Shown: positions 1-9,661 of the stretch, one piece after another | How the letters are laid out: every line of letters starts with the position of its first letter | Numbering within the stretch: position 1 is the stretch's first letter | Assembly (NCBI GenBank): GCA_963836075.1 | Contig: CAWIIB010000009.1 | Span: 2,944,001-3,008,000, forward strand | Reading direction: 5' to 3' | DNA from: an uncultured Acidobacteriota bacterium | Lineage (GTDB): Bacteria > Acidobacteriota > JAQAZP01 | Length of the DNA: 64,000 bases | The notes under the pieces: model-generated | Seen by the model: the letters and a program-made list of their open reading frames with translations, nothing else | What the model was told of the DNA's origin: nothing | Databases searched by the model: none | Translations under genes and position numbers: made by a program

Positions 1-358
1 CACTTTCGGCGATCCATGTATCGGTACCGGTGACGGCGCCGCCCCGCCGGGGTTGAACCCCTTTTTCCTGGTGGAGGCCATGTCGCAGACGGCGGCCCTG
101 GCTGCCGCGCATCCGGCCGGCGGTGCACTGCCGCCGGGGGAGGGGCGCGCCGGCCGTCCGCTGGTCGGTTTTCTCGCCGCCATCAGGGATTTTCGCGCCC
201 ACCGGCGGGCGGTCCCCGGTGACACCCTGGAGATCCGCGCCGAGGTGCGGGGACGGTTCGGCGGGCTGGTGAAAGTGATGGCCACGGTGGATGTGGACGG
301 CGAGCGGATCGGCGAGGCCGAACTGACGCTCGGCGTACCGCGGGAGGTGGACGGCTGA
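1..358 (+). CDS. FabZ/FabA-like hotdog-fold acyl-ACP dehydratase, 5' truncated by window
   Basis: Frame open from position 2. LVEAMSQ..GFL...F...VPGD.L motif. The usual HFP His is not seen in the visible part. Confidence 0.75.
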   Translation, partial: TFGDPCIGTGDGAAPPGLNPFFLVEAMSQTAALAAAHPAGGALPPGEGRAGRPLVGFLAAIRDFRAHRRAVPGDTLEIRAEVRGRFGGLVKVMATVDVDGERIGEAELTLGVPREVDG

Positions 359-1608
359 TGAGCAACGATAGCAGAGCCCCCGGTTCCCGCCGGGTGGTGG
401 TCACCGGGCTGGGAGCGGTCTCCGCGCTGGGCCCTGACGTTCGCTCCCTGCTCCGGGGTGTCCGCGAGGGGCGCTGCGGGATTCGTCCGGTGACCCTCTT
501 CGACACGTCGCCGTTCCGCACACACACCGGTGGTGAGCTGGACGGCTTCGATGCCGCCGCCCACTTCACCCGCCGCGAGCGGCGGCGGATGTCCCGGGCC
601 GACATGGCCGGACTGGTGGCCGCGGGGGAGGCGCTGGACAGCGCCCGGGTCGGAACGTCTCCGCTCCCCGACCCGGACCGGGTGGGGGTGATTCTGGGCG
701 GCGGGGTGGGGGGGCTGTTCGACAGCGAAGCCTACTACCGTGTGGTGCTGGGCCACGGCTGGAAATCGGTGCCCGCCACCCGCGCCCTGGGCCATTTCCC
801 CTGCGCCACCGCCGACCGCATCGCCGAACGGTACGACTTCGGCGGGCTGCGGACCACCGTGGTCACCGCCTGCTCGTCCAGCACGCTGGCCATCGGCCAG
901 GCCTATGACGCCGTTCGTACGGGGGTGCTGGAGATGGCGGTCACCGGCGGCAGCGACACCCTGAGCCGGCTGACCTACAGCGGGTTCAACTCGCTGCGCT
1001 CGGTGGACCCCGATGCCTGCCGGCCCTTTGACGCCGGCCGCAAGGGGCTCTCCCTGGGCGAGGGGGCGGCGATCCTGGTCCTCGAGCCGCTGTCCCGGGC
1101 CATGGCGCGCGGCGCCGCGATCCACGGCGAACTGCTGGGCTGCGGCATGTCGTCCGACGCCCACCACATGACCGCGCCCCACCCGGAAGGGGAAGGGGCC
1201 GCGCTGGCCATGGAGCAGGCGATCCGCCAGGCCGGGCTGGACCCCGGCCAGGTGGACTACATCAATGCTCACGGCACCGGGACGCCGCACAACGATCTCG
1301 CCGAAACCAGGGCGATCCATCGCGCCTTCGGCGAACAGGGGAAAACGATTCCGGTGAGTTCATCCAAGTCGATGCTCGGCCACTGTCTCGGTTCCGCCGG
1401 CGCAATGGAAGCCCTGGTCTGCCTCCTCGCCCTGAAGGAACAGTTCTACCCGCCCACGGCCAACCTGGAACAGCCGGACCCGGAGTGCGAGCTGAACCAC
1501 GTGCCGCTGGTCAGCCGGCCGGGGAACCCGGAGGTGGCCATATCCAACTCCTTCGCCTTTGGCGGCAACAACGGCTGCCTGGTCCTGAGAAGATACCATG
1601 AACGCTGA
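358..1608 (+). CDS. fabF: Beta-ketoacyl-ACP synthase (KAS II / type II PKS KS-alpha)
   Basis: VVVTGLG start; intact Cys-His-His triad (TACSS, NAHGTGT, KSMLGH); SNSFAFGG. Confidence 0.92.
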   Translation: MSNDSRAPGSRRVVVTGLGAVSALGPDVRSLLRGVREGRCGIRPVTLFDTSPFRTHTGGELDGFDAAAHFTRRERRRMSRADMAGLVAAGEALDSARVGTSPLPDPDRVGVILGGGVGGLFDSEAYYRVVLGHGWKSVPATRALGHFPCATADRIAERYDFGGLRTTVVTACSSSTLAIGQAYDAVRTGVLEMAVTGGSDTLSRLTYSGFNSLRSVDPDACRPFDAGRKGLSLGEGAAILVLEPLSRAMARGAAIHGELLGCGMSSDAHHMTAPHPEGEGAALAMEQAIRQAGLDPGQVDYINAHGTGTPHNDLAETRAIHRAFGEQGKTIPVSSSKSMLGHCLGSAGAMEALVCLLALKEQFYPPTANLEQPDPECELNHVPLVSRPGNPEVAISNSFAFGGNNGCLVLRRYHER

Positions 1609-2854
1609 GACCGCCCCGGCCGAACGTGAAGTGGTGGTGACCGGCATGTCCGCCGTCTGCCCCATGGGAACCGGCGGCGCGGCGCTGCTCGACGGCCTCT
1701 GGTCGGGCCGGAACGCCTGGGTCCCGGTGCCGCGAGGGCCGTCGCCTGGACAGCGGGCCTCGTTGGCGGCCCTGGTGCACGAGTTCGAACCGCGGGCCCA
1801 CATCCCGGTGATGAAGCTGCGCCGGATGGACAACTGCACACGGTTCTCGGTGGTGGCGGCCCAGCTGGCTTTCGAGGACGCCGGCCTGCTCGACGCGGAC
1901 CTCACGACCTGCGGCATCGTCTTCGGTACCGGCACCGCCGGTTCCACCTCGGTGGCCGAATACCTCCAGGGCCTGCTGGTGGAAGCGGCGGAGGGGCAGT
2001 TCCCCATGCTCTTCCCCAATACGGTGCCCAACGCGCCGGCGGGCCAGGTGGCCATCCGTTTCGGCATCCGCGGGCCCAACGCCACGTTGAGCCAGCGGGA
2101 GAGCTCCGGCCTGCACGCCCTGGCCCGGGCCGCGGAGTTCATCCGCCTCGGCCGTTGCCACCGCGTCCTGGTGGTGGGGGTGGACGAGTATTCCACCGAG
2201 CTGCTGGCCTTCTACGACCGGATGAGGTTTCTCTCCCCGGGCCGCTCCGGCGGTGAGGAGTCGTGCCGCCCCTTCTCCGGCCGCCGCAACGGCTGGATGG
2301 TGGGGGAGGGGGCTTACGCCCTGGTGCTGGAATCGGCCGGTCACGCCGGCCGCCGGGGTGCCGCCCCGCTGGCCCGGGTGCTGGGCACCGGCTGGAGCGG
2401 CAGCCGCTGTTCCACCTACCGCTGGCCCGAGGAGCACGGCCCCTACGTCCGCTGTATGCGGGAGGCGCTGGCCGGCAGCGGTCTGGAGGCCGGTGCGGTG
2501 GGGGCGGTGATGGCCTCGGCCAACGGCAACCAGGTGCTGGACCGCATGGAGGCCCTGGCCCTGCAGGAGCTGTTCACCGCCGCCGGTGGCGCCATGCCAC
2601 CGGTCACCGCGGTGAAGTCCCACCTCGGTGAATCGGGTGCCGCCGGCGTGGCTCAGGCCCTGGCTGTGCTGGGCGTGCTGGACCGCGGTTCGGTGCCCCC
2701 CACCACCGGCGGGGGCCCGGATGACGCCGGCGGTCCGGCGGTGAACCTGGTGACCGGGGAGGCACTGCCGCTGCCCCGGCCCCCGCAGGCGGTGCTGGTG
2801 AACAGCTTCGCCTCCGGCGGCAGCAACGTCAGCATGGTGCTCGCCAGGGCCTGA
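1598..2854 (+). CDS. Non-catalytic ketosynthase homologue (chain-length-factor-like)
   Basis: Full KS fold, but TACSS->QRESS, AHGTGT->ASANGN, KSMLGH->KSHLGE. Overlaps the upstream KS. Confidence 0.85.
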   Translation: MNAETAPAEREVVVTGMSAVCPMGTGGAALLDGLWSGRNAWVPVPRGPSPGQRASLAALVHEFEPRAHIPVMKLRRMDNCTRFSVVAAQLAFEDAGLLDADLTTCGIVFGTGTAGSTSVAEYLQGLLVEAAEGQFPMLFPNTVPNAPAGQVAIRFGIRGPNATLSQRESSGLHALARAAEFIRLGRCHRVLVVGVDEYSTELLAFYDRMRFLSPGRSGGEESCRPFSGRRNGWMVGEGAYALVLESAGHAGRRGAAPLARVLGTGWSGSRCSTYRWPEEHGPYVRCMREALAGSGLEAGAVGAVMASANGNQVLDRMEALALQELFTAAGGAMPPVTAVKSHLGESGAAGVAQALAVLGVLDRGSVPPTTGGGPDDAGGPAVNLVTGEALPLPRPPQAVLVNSFASGGSNVSMVLARA

Positions 2855-2884
2855 GCGGCGCGGCGGGCGGTGAGGAGACACAGG

Positions 2885-3367
2885 GTGGGAACCGAAAACA
2901 GTCCCCTGGGACGGCGCACCGCGGACGGCTGGTGGGAACTGCGGCTCCGCGTCCGTTTTTCCGAAGTCGACTCCTACGGAGTTGTCTGGCACGGGCGTTA
3001 CCTCGCCTGGTTCGAGGAGGCGCGCAACGACCTGGCCCGGGGGTATGGCTTCACCCCCTCGGTGCTGGCCCGCAGCGGGTACCAACTGCCGGTGCGGGAC
3101 GTCACCATGACCTTCAAATCGCCTGCCGGACTGGACGACGAGGTCCGGGTGGGCATCCGGTTCCGCCCCACCGCAACAGCGCTGCTCGAGTTCGAATACC
3201 GGGTGCTGGAAGCGGAAGAGGGGCGGCTGATGGTCACCGGCCGTACCCGGCAGGTGGTGACCCGGGCGGACAACGAACTGCTGCTCAGCTACCCCCGGCC
3301 GGTACGTGAAGCGCTGGACCGCCTGGTGGCGGACCAGGCACCACCGGGAGGAGCCGATGACCGGTGA
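2885..3367 (+). CDS. Acyl-CoA/ACP thioesterase (YbgC/4HBT hotdog family)
   Basis: RVRFSEVDSYGVVWHGRYLAWFEEAR motif; GTG start after GAGGAG. Confidence 0.88.
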   Translation: MGTENSPLGRRTADGWWELRLRVRFSEVDSYGVVWHGRYLAWFEEARNDLARGYGFTPSVLARSGYQLPVRDVTMTFKSPAGLDDEVRVGIRFRPTATALLEFEYRVLEAEEGRLMVTGRTRQVVTRADNELLLSYPRPVREALDRLVADQAPPGGADDR

Positions 3368-4292
3368 AACCATCCGCCCGGTATGTCCCGCCTGTCGCGG
3401 CCCGCTGGCGGCGGGCGGCGGGGGGCCTCCCTCCTGCCCCTCCTGCAAGACGGTTTATTCCCGCATCCCCTCCGGCCACCTGCGGCTGCTGCCCGGTGAT
3501 GCCGACGGGTTCCGGGACTGGTGGCTCGACGACGAGCGGAAGCGGGCCCGGTTCATGGGCCAGTATGTCGAGCGCGAGGAGGCGGGGGAACGGCGGCTGG
3601 CCCGGGAGTTCCTGCTTCCCCTGACCCGGCGGCTGTCCGCTGACCGGCCGCTGCGCCGTGTGCTCTCCGTGGGCTGCGGGTCGGGCGAGGACCTGGAGGT
3701 CCTGCGCGAGGCCGGTCTGGAGACCAGCGGCGTGGACAGCGGCGGGCGCACCCAGCGCTGGGGGGACAAGGAACGTTCCCCGGACCGCTATTTCATGGCC
3801 GACGCCCTGCGGCTGCCCTTTGACGACGGGGTCTTCGACCTGGCCTACTCCCTGGGGGTCATCGAGCACGTGGGCACGGTGGGAGACAGCCTGGAACTGG
3901 CCGGGGATGCCGGCGACCTGCGCCGGCGGTTCGCCCGTTCCGTGGCCCGGGTGGTCCGGCCCGGGGGCTGGATCTTCATCAGCTGTCCCAACCGCACCTT
4001 CCCCCTGGACTTCGCCCACGGTGCCGGCCGGTTCGGTTTCCGGCTCCACGGTCCGGGAGATTTTCTCCTTTCCTACGGGGACGTGAAGCGACTTTTCATC
4101 GACCATGCCGGCTGCCGCTCGATCCGGCCGCTCTCCATGCACGGCTATCTCGACCTGGCCCAGGCCGCCTCCGGCGGCGGTTTGATGATGCGGCTGGCCG
4201 CGCCGCTGTTCGGCCTTTACTTGCATGCATTGCCGCGGCCTCTTTATACTTCTCCGCTATACCCGGCCGTATTGGCCCTTATCGAACGCTGA
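3357..4292 (+). CDS. Class I SAM-dependent methyltransferase with N-terminal Trm112-like Zn ribbon
   Basis: CPAC...CPSC; VLSVGCGSG motif I; ADALRLPFDDGVFD; VVRPGG. Confidence 0.85.
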   Translation: MTGETIRPVCPACRGPLAAGGGGPPSCPSCKTVYSRIPSGHLRLLPGDADGFRDWWLDDERKRARFMGQYVEREEAGERRLAREFLLPLTRRLSADRPLRRVLSVGCGSGEDLEVLREAGLETSGVDSGGRTQRWGDKERSPDRYFMADALRLPFDDGVFDLAYSLGVIEHVGTVGDSLELAGDAGDLRRRFARSVARVVRPGGWIFISCPNRTFPLDFAHGAGRFGFRLHGPGDFLLSYGDVKRLFIDHAGCRSIRPLSMHGYLDLAQAASGGGLMMRLAAPLFGLYLHALPRPLYTSPLYPAVLALIER

Positions 4293-4307
4293 ACCGCCGG
4301 AGCAACG

Positions 4308-5363
4308 ATGATCAAGCGAAACATCTGTGTTGTCACCTCACACGTGCCGATGGTTTTCGGCGGCCACCTGATCATCGCCCAGTCGCTGGTCAGCGCGCTG
4401 AAGGAAATGGGCTACAACTCGGATGTGATCTACACCCCGCAGAACCGTTTCGGGCGCCAGCTCTCGGCCTACCTGGCCAACCGGCTCACCGACGTGGGCC
4501 GCACCGGCGGCGACGAGGTGGTGGACCAGATCATCTCCCTGCGCTACCCCAGCTATGCGGTGAAGCACCCGCTGCACGTCTGCTGGCTGAACCACCGCAT
4601 GCGCGAGTACTACGACCTGTGGGAGGACTTCCTCGGAGTGATCCCCACCGGCAAGGGCAAGCTCAAGGAACGGTTCCGCCGCCGGCTGATCCAGCGGCTG
4701 GACAACCACCTGCTGAAACGAAACGTGAAGAGCCTCTACGTGATTTCCGGCACGATCAAGAAACGGCTGGAGACCTGGGGGGGGATCCCTTCCCGGGTGC
4801 TGCTGCCGCCGCCGCCCCTGGGCCGGGACTACCACACCGAGGGCTACGAGAACTTCATCTTCACCGTCTCCCGCCTGCACAAACTGAAACGGATCAACCT
4901 GCTGCTCGACGCCTTCATGCTGGTGCGTGACACCGACGTAAAGTGCCTGATCGCCGGAGAAGGCGACGAATACAAGCGGCTGGCCAAGCGGATCAAGGAC
5001 AACGACCTGGAAGGGCGGGCCATTCTTCTCGGCCGGGTGAGTGACCAGGAACTGGCCGACTACTACGCCCGCTGCCGGGCGGTCTTCTTCGGGCCGCGGA
5101 ACGAGGACTTCGGCTTCGTGACCATCGAGGCGTTCCGCAGCCGCAAGTGCGTCATTACCTGCCGTGACAGCGGCGGCCCGCTGGACCTGGTGAAAGACGG
5201 CGTTTCGGGGTATGTCACCCGGCCCGACCCGGCGCAGATCGCCGAGCGCATCGACCAGCTGGTGGTCGAGCCCGGCCTGGCCGAAAGGATGGGCCAGGCG
5301 GGCTACGAGGCGAGCCTGCCGGTCACCTGGGAGAACGTGGTGCGCACACTGGTGAAAATATGA
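4308..5363 (+). CDS. Glycosyltransferase family 4 (GT-B)
   Basis: VSRLHKLKR, EDFGFVTIEA (EX7E), GGPLDLV. Confidence 0.88.
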   Translation: MIKRNICVVTSHVPMVFGGHLIIAQSLVSALKEMGYNSDVIYTPQNRFGRQLSAYLANRLTDVGRTGGDEVVDQIISLRYPSYAVKHPLHVCWLNHRMREYYDLWEDFLGVIPTGKGKLKERFRRRLIQRLDNHLLKRNVKSLYVISGTIKKRLETWGGIPSRVLLPPPPLGRDYHTEGYENFIFTVSRLHKLKRINLLLDAFMLVRDTDVKCLIAGEGDEYKRLAKRIKDNDLEGRAILLGRVSDQELADYYARCRAVFFGPRNEDFGFVTIEAFRSRKCVITCRDSGGPLDLVKDGVSGYVTRPDPAQIAERIDQLVVEPGLAERMGQAGYEASLPVTWENVVRTLVKI

Positions 5364-6145
5364 TGATGCCCCGAGGGCGGCCGCCCCATCTGACAGTGGT
5401 GATCCCGGCCTACGACGAGGAGAAGCGGATCGGGCCGACCCTGGAACGGGTCCGCGGCTACCTGGAGAAGCGCTCCTATCCCTGGGAGATCGTGGTGGTC
5501 GACGACGGCAGCCGGGACCAGACGGCCCAGATATCCAGGGAGCTGCTCGCCGGCTGCGACCATCACGCGGTGATCGACCGCAAGTTCAACCGGGGCAAGG
5601 GCTACTCGGTGCGCCAGGGGATGCTGGCCGGAAATGGCCGCTTCCTGCTCTTTTCCGACGCCGACCTCTCCACGCCCATCGAGGAGGTGGAGCGCCTCCT
5701 GCCCCCCCTGGAGTCCGGGGCGGCCCAGGTGAGCATCGGCTCGCGGGCGCTGCGCGATTCGCGGGTGGAGGTGCACCAGCCCTGGTGGCGGGAGGCCATG
5801 GGCAAGAGCTTCAACCTCTTCGTGCGGCTGATCGCCCTGGGCGGTCTGTGCGACACCCAGTGCGGGTTCAAGTGCTTCACCCGTGAGGCGGCCAGATCGA
5901 TCTTCAGCGTGGCCCGCATCGACGGTTTCGGGTTTGATGTGGAAGCTCTCTACCTGGCCCGCAAGTTCGGCTTCGCTGTGCAGGAGATCGCGGTGCGCTG
6001 GGTCAACTCGCCCGATTCGAGGGTCCACCCGCTCGCCGATTCATCGCGGATGCTGGCCGACCTGCTGCGTATCCGGTTTACCGATTTCCGCGGGGGATAC
6101 CGTTCGGGGAACGGTCTGGACCGCCGGGGGCGGCAAGGCCCCTGA
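5360..6145 (+). CDS. Glycosyltransferase family 2, polyprenyl-phosphate glycosyltransferase-like
   Basis: VVIPAYDE, VVDDGSRD, NRGKG, SDADL, DTQCGFK, FGFDVE. Confidence 0.9.
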   Translation: MMMPRGRPPHLTVVIPAYDEEKRIGPTLERVRGYLEKRSYPWEIVVVDDGSRDQTAQISRELLAGCDHHAVIDRKFNRGKGYSVRQGMLAGNGRFLLFSDADLSTPIEEVERLLPPLESGAAQVSIGSRALRDSRVEVHQPWWREAMGKSFNLFVRLIALGGLCDTQCGFKCFTREAARSIFSVARIDGFGFDVEALYLARKFGFAVQEIAVRWVNSPDSRVHPLADSSRMLADLLRIRFTDFRGGYRSGNGLDRRGRQGP

Positions 6146-6170
6146 TCAACTGGAAAGGGAGGATGGCACA

Positions 6171-7823
6171 ATGCCCGGATGGAATCGTAACCTGCTGATC
6201 GCCCTGCTGGCGGCCGGCCTCTGGCTTGCCGGGTGCGGCAGTCCGCCCGCCGAAACAGTGGCGCAGTCCGGCCCGGTGCGGGGCGGGACCATGGTGGTGG
6301 CCTGGACCAATGACGCCGATCTGCTCAACCCGGTGGTCCAGCAGACGATGCTGGCCTCCCACGTGGACACGCTGATCTTTCCCAACCCCACCACCGAGGT
6401 GTTCGAGGATTGCCGCCTCACGGTGCAGCCTTTTCTGGCCGAAAGCTGGGTCCGCGGTGAGGACGGCCTGTCGCTGACCATGACCCTCAGGGACGATGTG
6501 GTGTGGGATGACGGCACTCCGGTGACCGCCGACGACGTGATCCTGACCCACCAGCTGATGGCCGACCCGGAGGCGGCCAGCCCGCGCTACAACCAGACCG
6601 AACGCATCGCCGGGGTGGACAAGGTGGATCCGCACACGGTGCGCTTCCGTTTCACCGAGCCATACGACCGGGAGACCCAGCTCTACCAGGCGTCCCAGGA
6701 TCTGCTGCCGGCGCACCTCTACCGTGATGCCGACCGGAAGAACCTGCGCCGCCACCCGTTGGGCGAGCATCCGGTGGGCGCCGGTCCGTACCGTCTCGAA
6801 CGCTGGGAGCGGAACCAGGAACTGGTGCTCTCGGCCAATCCCGACGTGACCCTCACCGATCCGCCCTATATCGAGCGGGTGGTCTTCCGCATCATCCCCG
6901 AGTACACCACCCGGCTCACCGAGCTGATCCTCGGGCGGGTGGACGTGATGGACGGAATCGAGGTGGAGGACGTGGCGCGTCTCCGGCGGGAAAACCCCGA
7001 GATCCGCATTCTGCCCCGCGGCTGGCGCTGGATGGATTATGTGGCCTGGAATAGCCGCGATCCGCTTTTTGCCGACCCGAAGGTGCGCCGGGCACTGACC
7101 ATGTGCATCGACCGCGACCTGTTGATCGAGGTGCTGCTCACCGGCGGGGGCCAGAGTGTGGGACGGCCCGCTGTCGGCACCGTTTCGCCGGAACTCTGCG
7201 GGGCCTGCAACGAGGCCATCGAGCCGCTGCCCCACGACCCCAGGGCGGCTCTGGCCCTGCTCAACGACCTGGGCTGGAAGGACAGTGACGGCGATGGCGT
7301 GCTGGACAAGGACGGCACCCCGTTCAGCTTCACGCTCAAGACCAATGCCGGGAACCCGCGCCGCGAGCAGGCCTGCGTGCTGATCCAGTCCCAGCTCAAG
7401 GAGGTGGGAATCGATGCGCAGTTGGCGCTGCTGGAAGGCATGGTGCTCTTCGAGCAGATGCGGAACAAGGACTTCCAGGCCGCCCTGGGGGGCTGGTCGG
7501 CGGCCCTCTACGTCGATCCCCGGGCTTTCTGGCACAGCGGTGACGAGTATGTCTTCAACTTCACATCCTACAGCAATTCCGCGGTTGACGAGCTGATCGC
7601 CCGGGGGGAAGGGGAGACAGACATCGAGGCGGCCAACGCCATCTGGCACGAGTTGCAGGAACTGATCTACGAGGACCAGCCGTACACCTTCCTCTACTGG
7701 ATCAATAACCTGATGGCGATCCACCAGCGGTTCGAAGGGGTGGAAGCCAATCTGCTCACTCCGTTCTACGGTCTGCAGCGCTGGTGGGAGAACCCTGACT
7801 GGGAGCGGGAACGGGACTATTGA
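6171..7823 (+). CDS. ABC transporter peptide/nickel-type substrate-binding lipoprotein (family 5)
   Basis: Lipobox LWLAGC; LRDDVVWDDGTPVTADDV; VGAGPY; DPKVRRAL. Confidence 0.9.
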   Translation: MPGWNRNLLIALLAAGLWLAGCGSPPAETVAQSGPVRGGTMVVAWTNDADLLNPVVQQTMLASHVDTLIFPNPTTEVFEDCRLTVQPFLAESWVRGEDGLSLTMTLRDDVVWDDGTPVTADDVILTHQLMADPEAASPRYNQTERIAGVDKVDPHTVRFRFTEPYDRETQLYQASQDLLPAHLYRDADRKNLRRHPLGEHPVGAGPYRLERWERNQELVLSANPDVTLTDPPYIERVVFRIIPEYTTRLTELILGRVDVMDGIEVEDVARLRRENPEIRILPRGWRWMDYVAWNSRDPLFADPKVRRALTMCIDRDLLIEVLLTGGGQSVGRPAVGTVSPELCGACNEAIEPLPHDPRAALALLNDLGWKDSDGDGVLDKDGTPFSFTLKTNAGNPRREQACVLIQSQLKEVGIDAQLALLEGMVLFEQMRNKDFQAALGGWSAALYVDPRAFWHSGDEYVFNFTSYSNSAVDELIARGEGETDIEAANAIWHELQELIYEDQPYTFLYWINNLMAIHQRFEGVEANLLTPFYGLQRWWENPDWERERDY

Positions 7824-7845
7824 TGACGGGACCGACGGAGGACGG

Positions 7846-8815
7846 ATGATCCGCTTCATCCTCAAGCGACTGCTCCACGCCGTGCCGATCCTGCTCGGTG
7901 TCTCGGTCCTCCTCTTCTTCGTCATGCACCTCGCCCCCGGTGACCCGTCCTACTACTACTTCACCACCGACAGTTCGCCGGAGACCCAGGGCCGCATGGC
8001 GGAAAACCTCGGGCTGGACCAGCCGCTGGGCGTCCAGTTCATCCGCTGGATCTCGGCTTTTGCCCGCTTCGACTTCCAGGTACTCGTTGATCCACAACCG
8101 GCCGGTGACCGGCCTGATCCTCGAGGCGCTGCCCCGCACGCTGGTCCTCTCCTCGGCGGCGCTGCTGCTGATGTTCGGCGGCGGCATCCTGCTCGGTGTC
8201 TTTTCCGCGGCCCGGCGCAACTCCCTGGCCGACCACGCGGTGAGCGTGGTCTCGCTCTTCTTTTACTCCATGCCCACTTTCTGGCTGGCGCTGATGCTGA
8301 TCCTGCTCTTTTCCCTGCTGCTGCCGATCATGCCCGCCTCGGGCCTCAGTTCGCCCAATGCCGACCTGCTGCCGCCGCTGCAGCGGCTGCTGGACCGGCT
8401 GTGGCACCTGGCGCTTCCGGCGCTGACCCTCGGCCTCTCCGGTGCGGCGGGCATCGCCCGCTACGCCCGGGGCAGCCTGCTGGAGGTGGCCGGGCAGGAC
8501 TACATCCGCACCGCCCGGGCCAAGGGGCTCTCCGAGCGCCAGGTGCTGTTCAAGCACTCGCTGCGCAACGGTCTGATCCCGGTGATCACCCTCTTCGGGC
8601 TCTCGCTGCCCTTCCTTTTTGGCGGGTCGGTGCTGGTGGAGTGGATCTTTGCCTGGCACGGCATGGGCTGGCTGATGGTCAGCGCCATCGGCCAGCGGGA
8701 CTACCCGCTGGTCATCGGCTGCACTTTCTTCTACAGCCTGATGGTCATACTGGGCAACCTGGTGGCTGACCTGCTCTACCGTGCGGCCGATCCGCGGATC
8801 AGGAGGCAGCCATGA
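7846..8815 (+). CDS. ABC permease (DppB/OppB-like), frameshifted near 8076
   Basis: N-half in 7846 frame, C-half (YIRTARAKGL, QRDYP) in 7898 frame; removing one C in ttccagg rejoins them. Confidence 0.82.
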
Positions 8816-9661
8816 ACGGCCCCTTTGCCCGCTTCAGGCAGAACCGGCTGGCCCTGGCCGGGCTGGCCCTGATCGTTTTTATGTATCTCGGCGCACTGCT
8901 GGCCCCGCTGCTGGCGCCCTACGCCCCCGGACCAGTCCCTCGACCTGATCGGCAACCGCAGCGCCGCTCCCTCGGCACGGCACATCCTGGGCACGGACCG
9001 TTATGCCCGCGACATCTTCAGCCGGCTGCTCTACGGCGCGCGGATCTCGCTCACCGTGGGGTTTGTGGCGGTGAGCATCTCCCTGGTCATCGGCACCCTG
9101 GTGGGCCTGCTGGCCGGCCAGCTGGGCGGCTGGGTGGACAGCATACTGATGCGCCTGGTGGACCTGCTGATTTCCTTCCCCCGGCTGGTGCTGCTGCTGG
9201 CGGTGGCCGCCTTCTTCAACCGCTCGATCCTGCTGATCATGGTGCTGCTGGGCCTCACCGGCTGGATGACCACCGCCCGGGTGATCCGCGGCGAGATCCT
9301 CGCCCTGCGCGAGCGGGAGTTCGTCCTCGCCGCCGGCGCCCTGGGCGCCTCGCCGGTGCGGGTGGCCTTGCGCCACCTGCTGCCAAACTGCCTGGCGCCG
9401 CTGGTGGTCACCGCCACCCTCGGCCTGGGCCAGGCCATCCTGGTGGAGGCCGGTCTGAGTTTCCTCGGCCTCGGCGTGCCGCCGCCCACCGCCAGCTGGG
9501 GCGCCATGGTCAACGAGGGGCGGCACCTGCTGCTGGAGGCCCCCTGGATCACCACTTTCCCCGGCCTGGCCATCGTCTTCGCCGTGCTCTGTTTCAACCT
9601 GGTGGGTGATGCTTTGCGGGACGCGTTCGACCCCCGTCTGGAAGGGGTGAAGGAGGGGTGA
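8812..9661 (+). CDS. ABC permease (DppC/OppC-like), frameshifted near 8924-8928
   Basis: HILGTDRYARDIFSRLLYGARISL and EAGLSFLGLG lie in the second frame; one extra C in a 5-C run. Confidence 0.82.
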
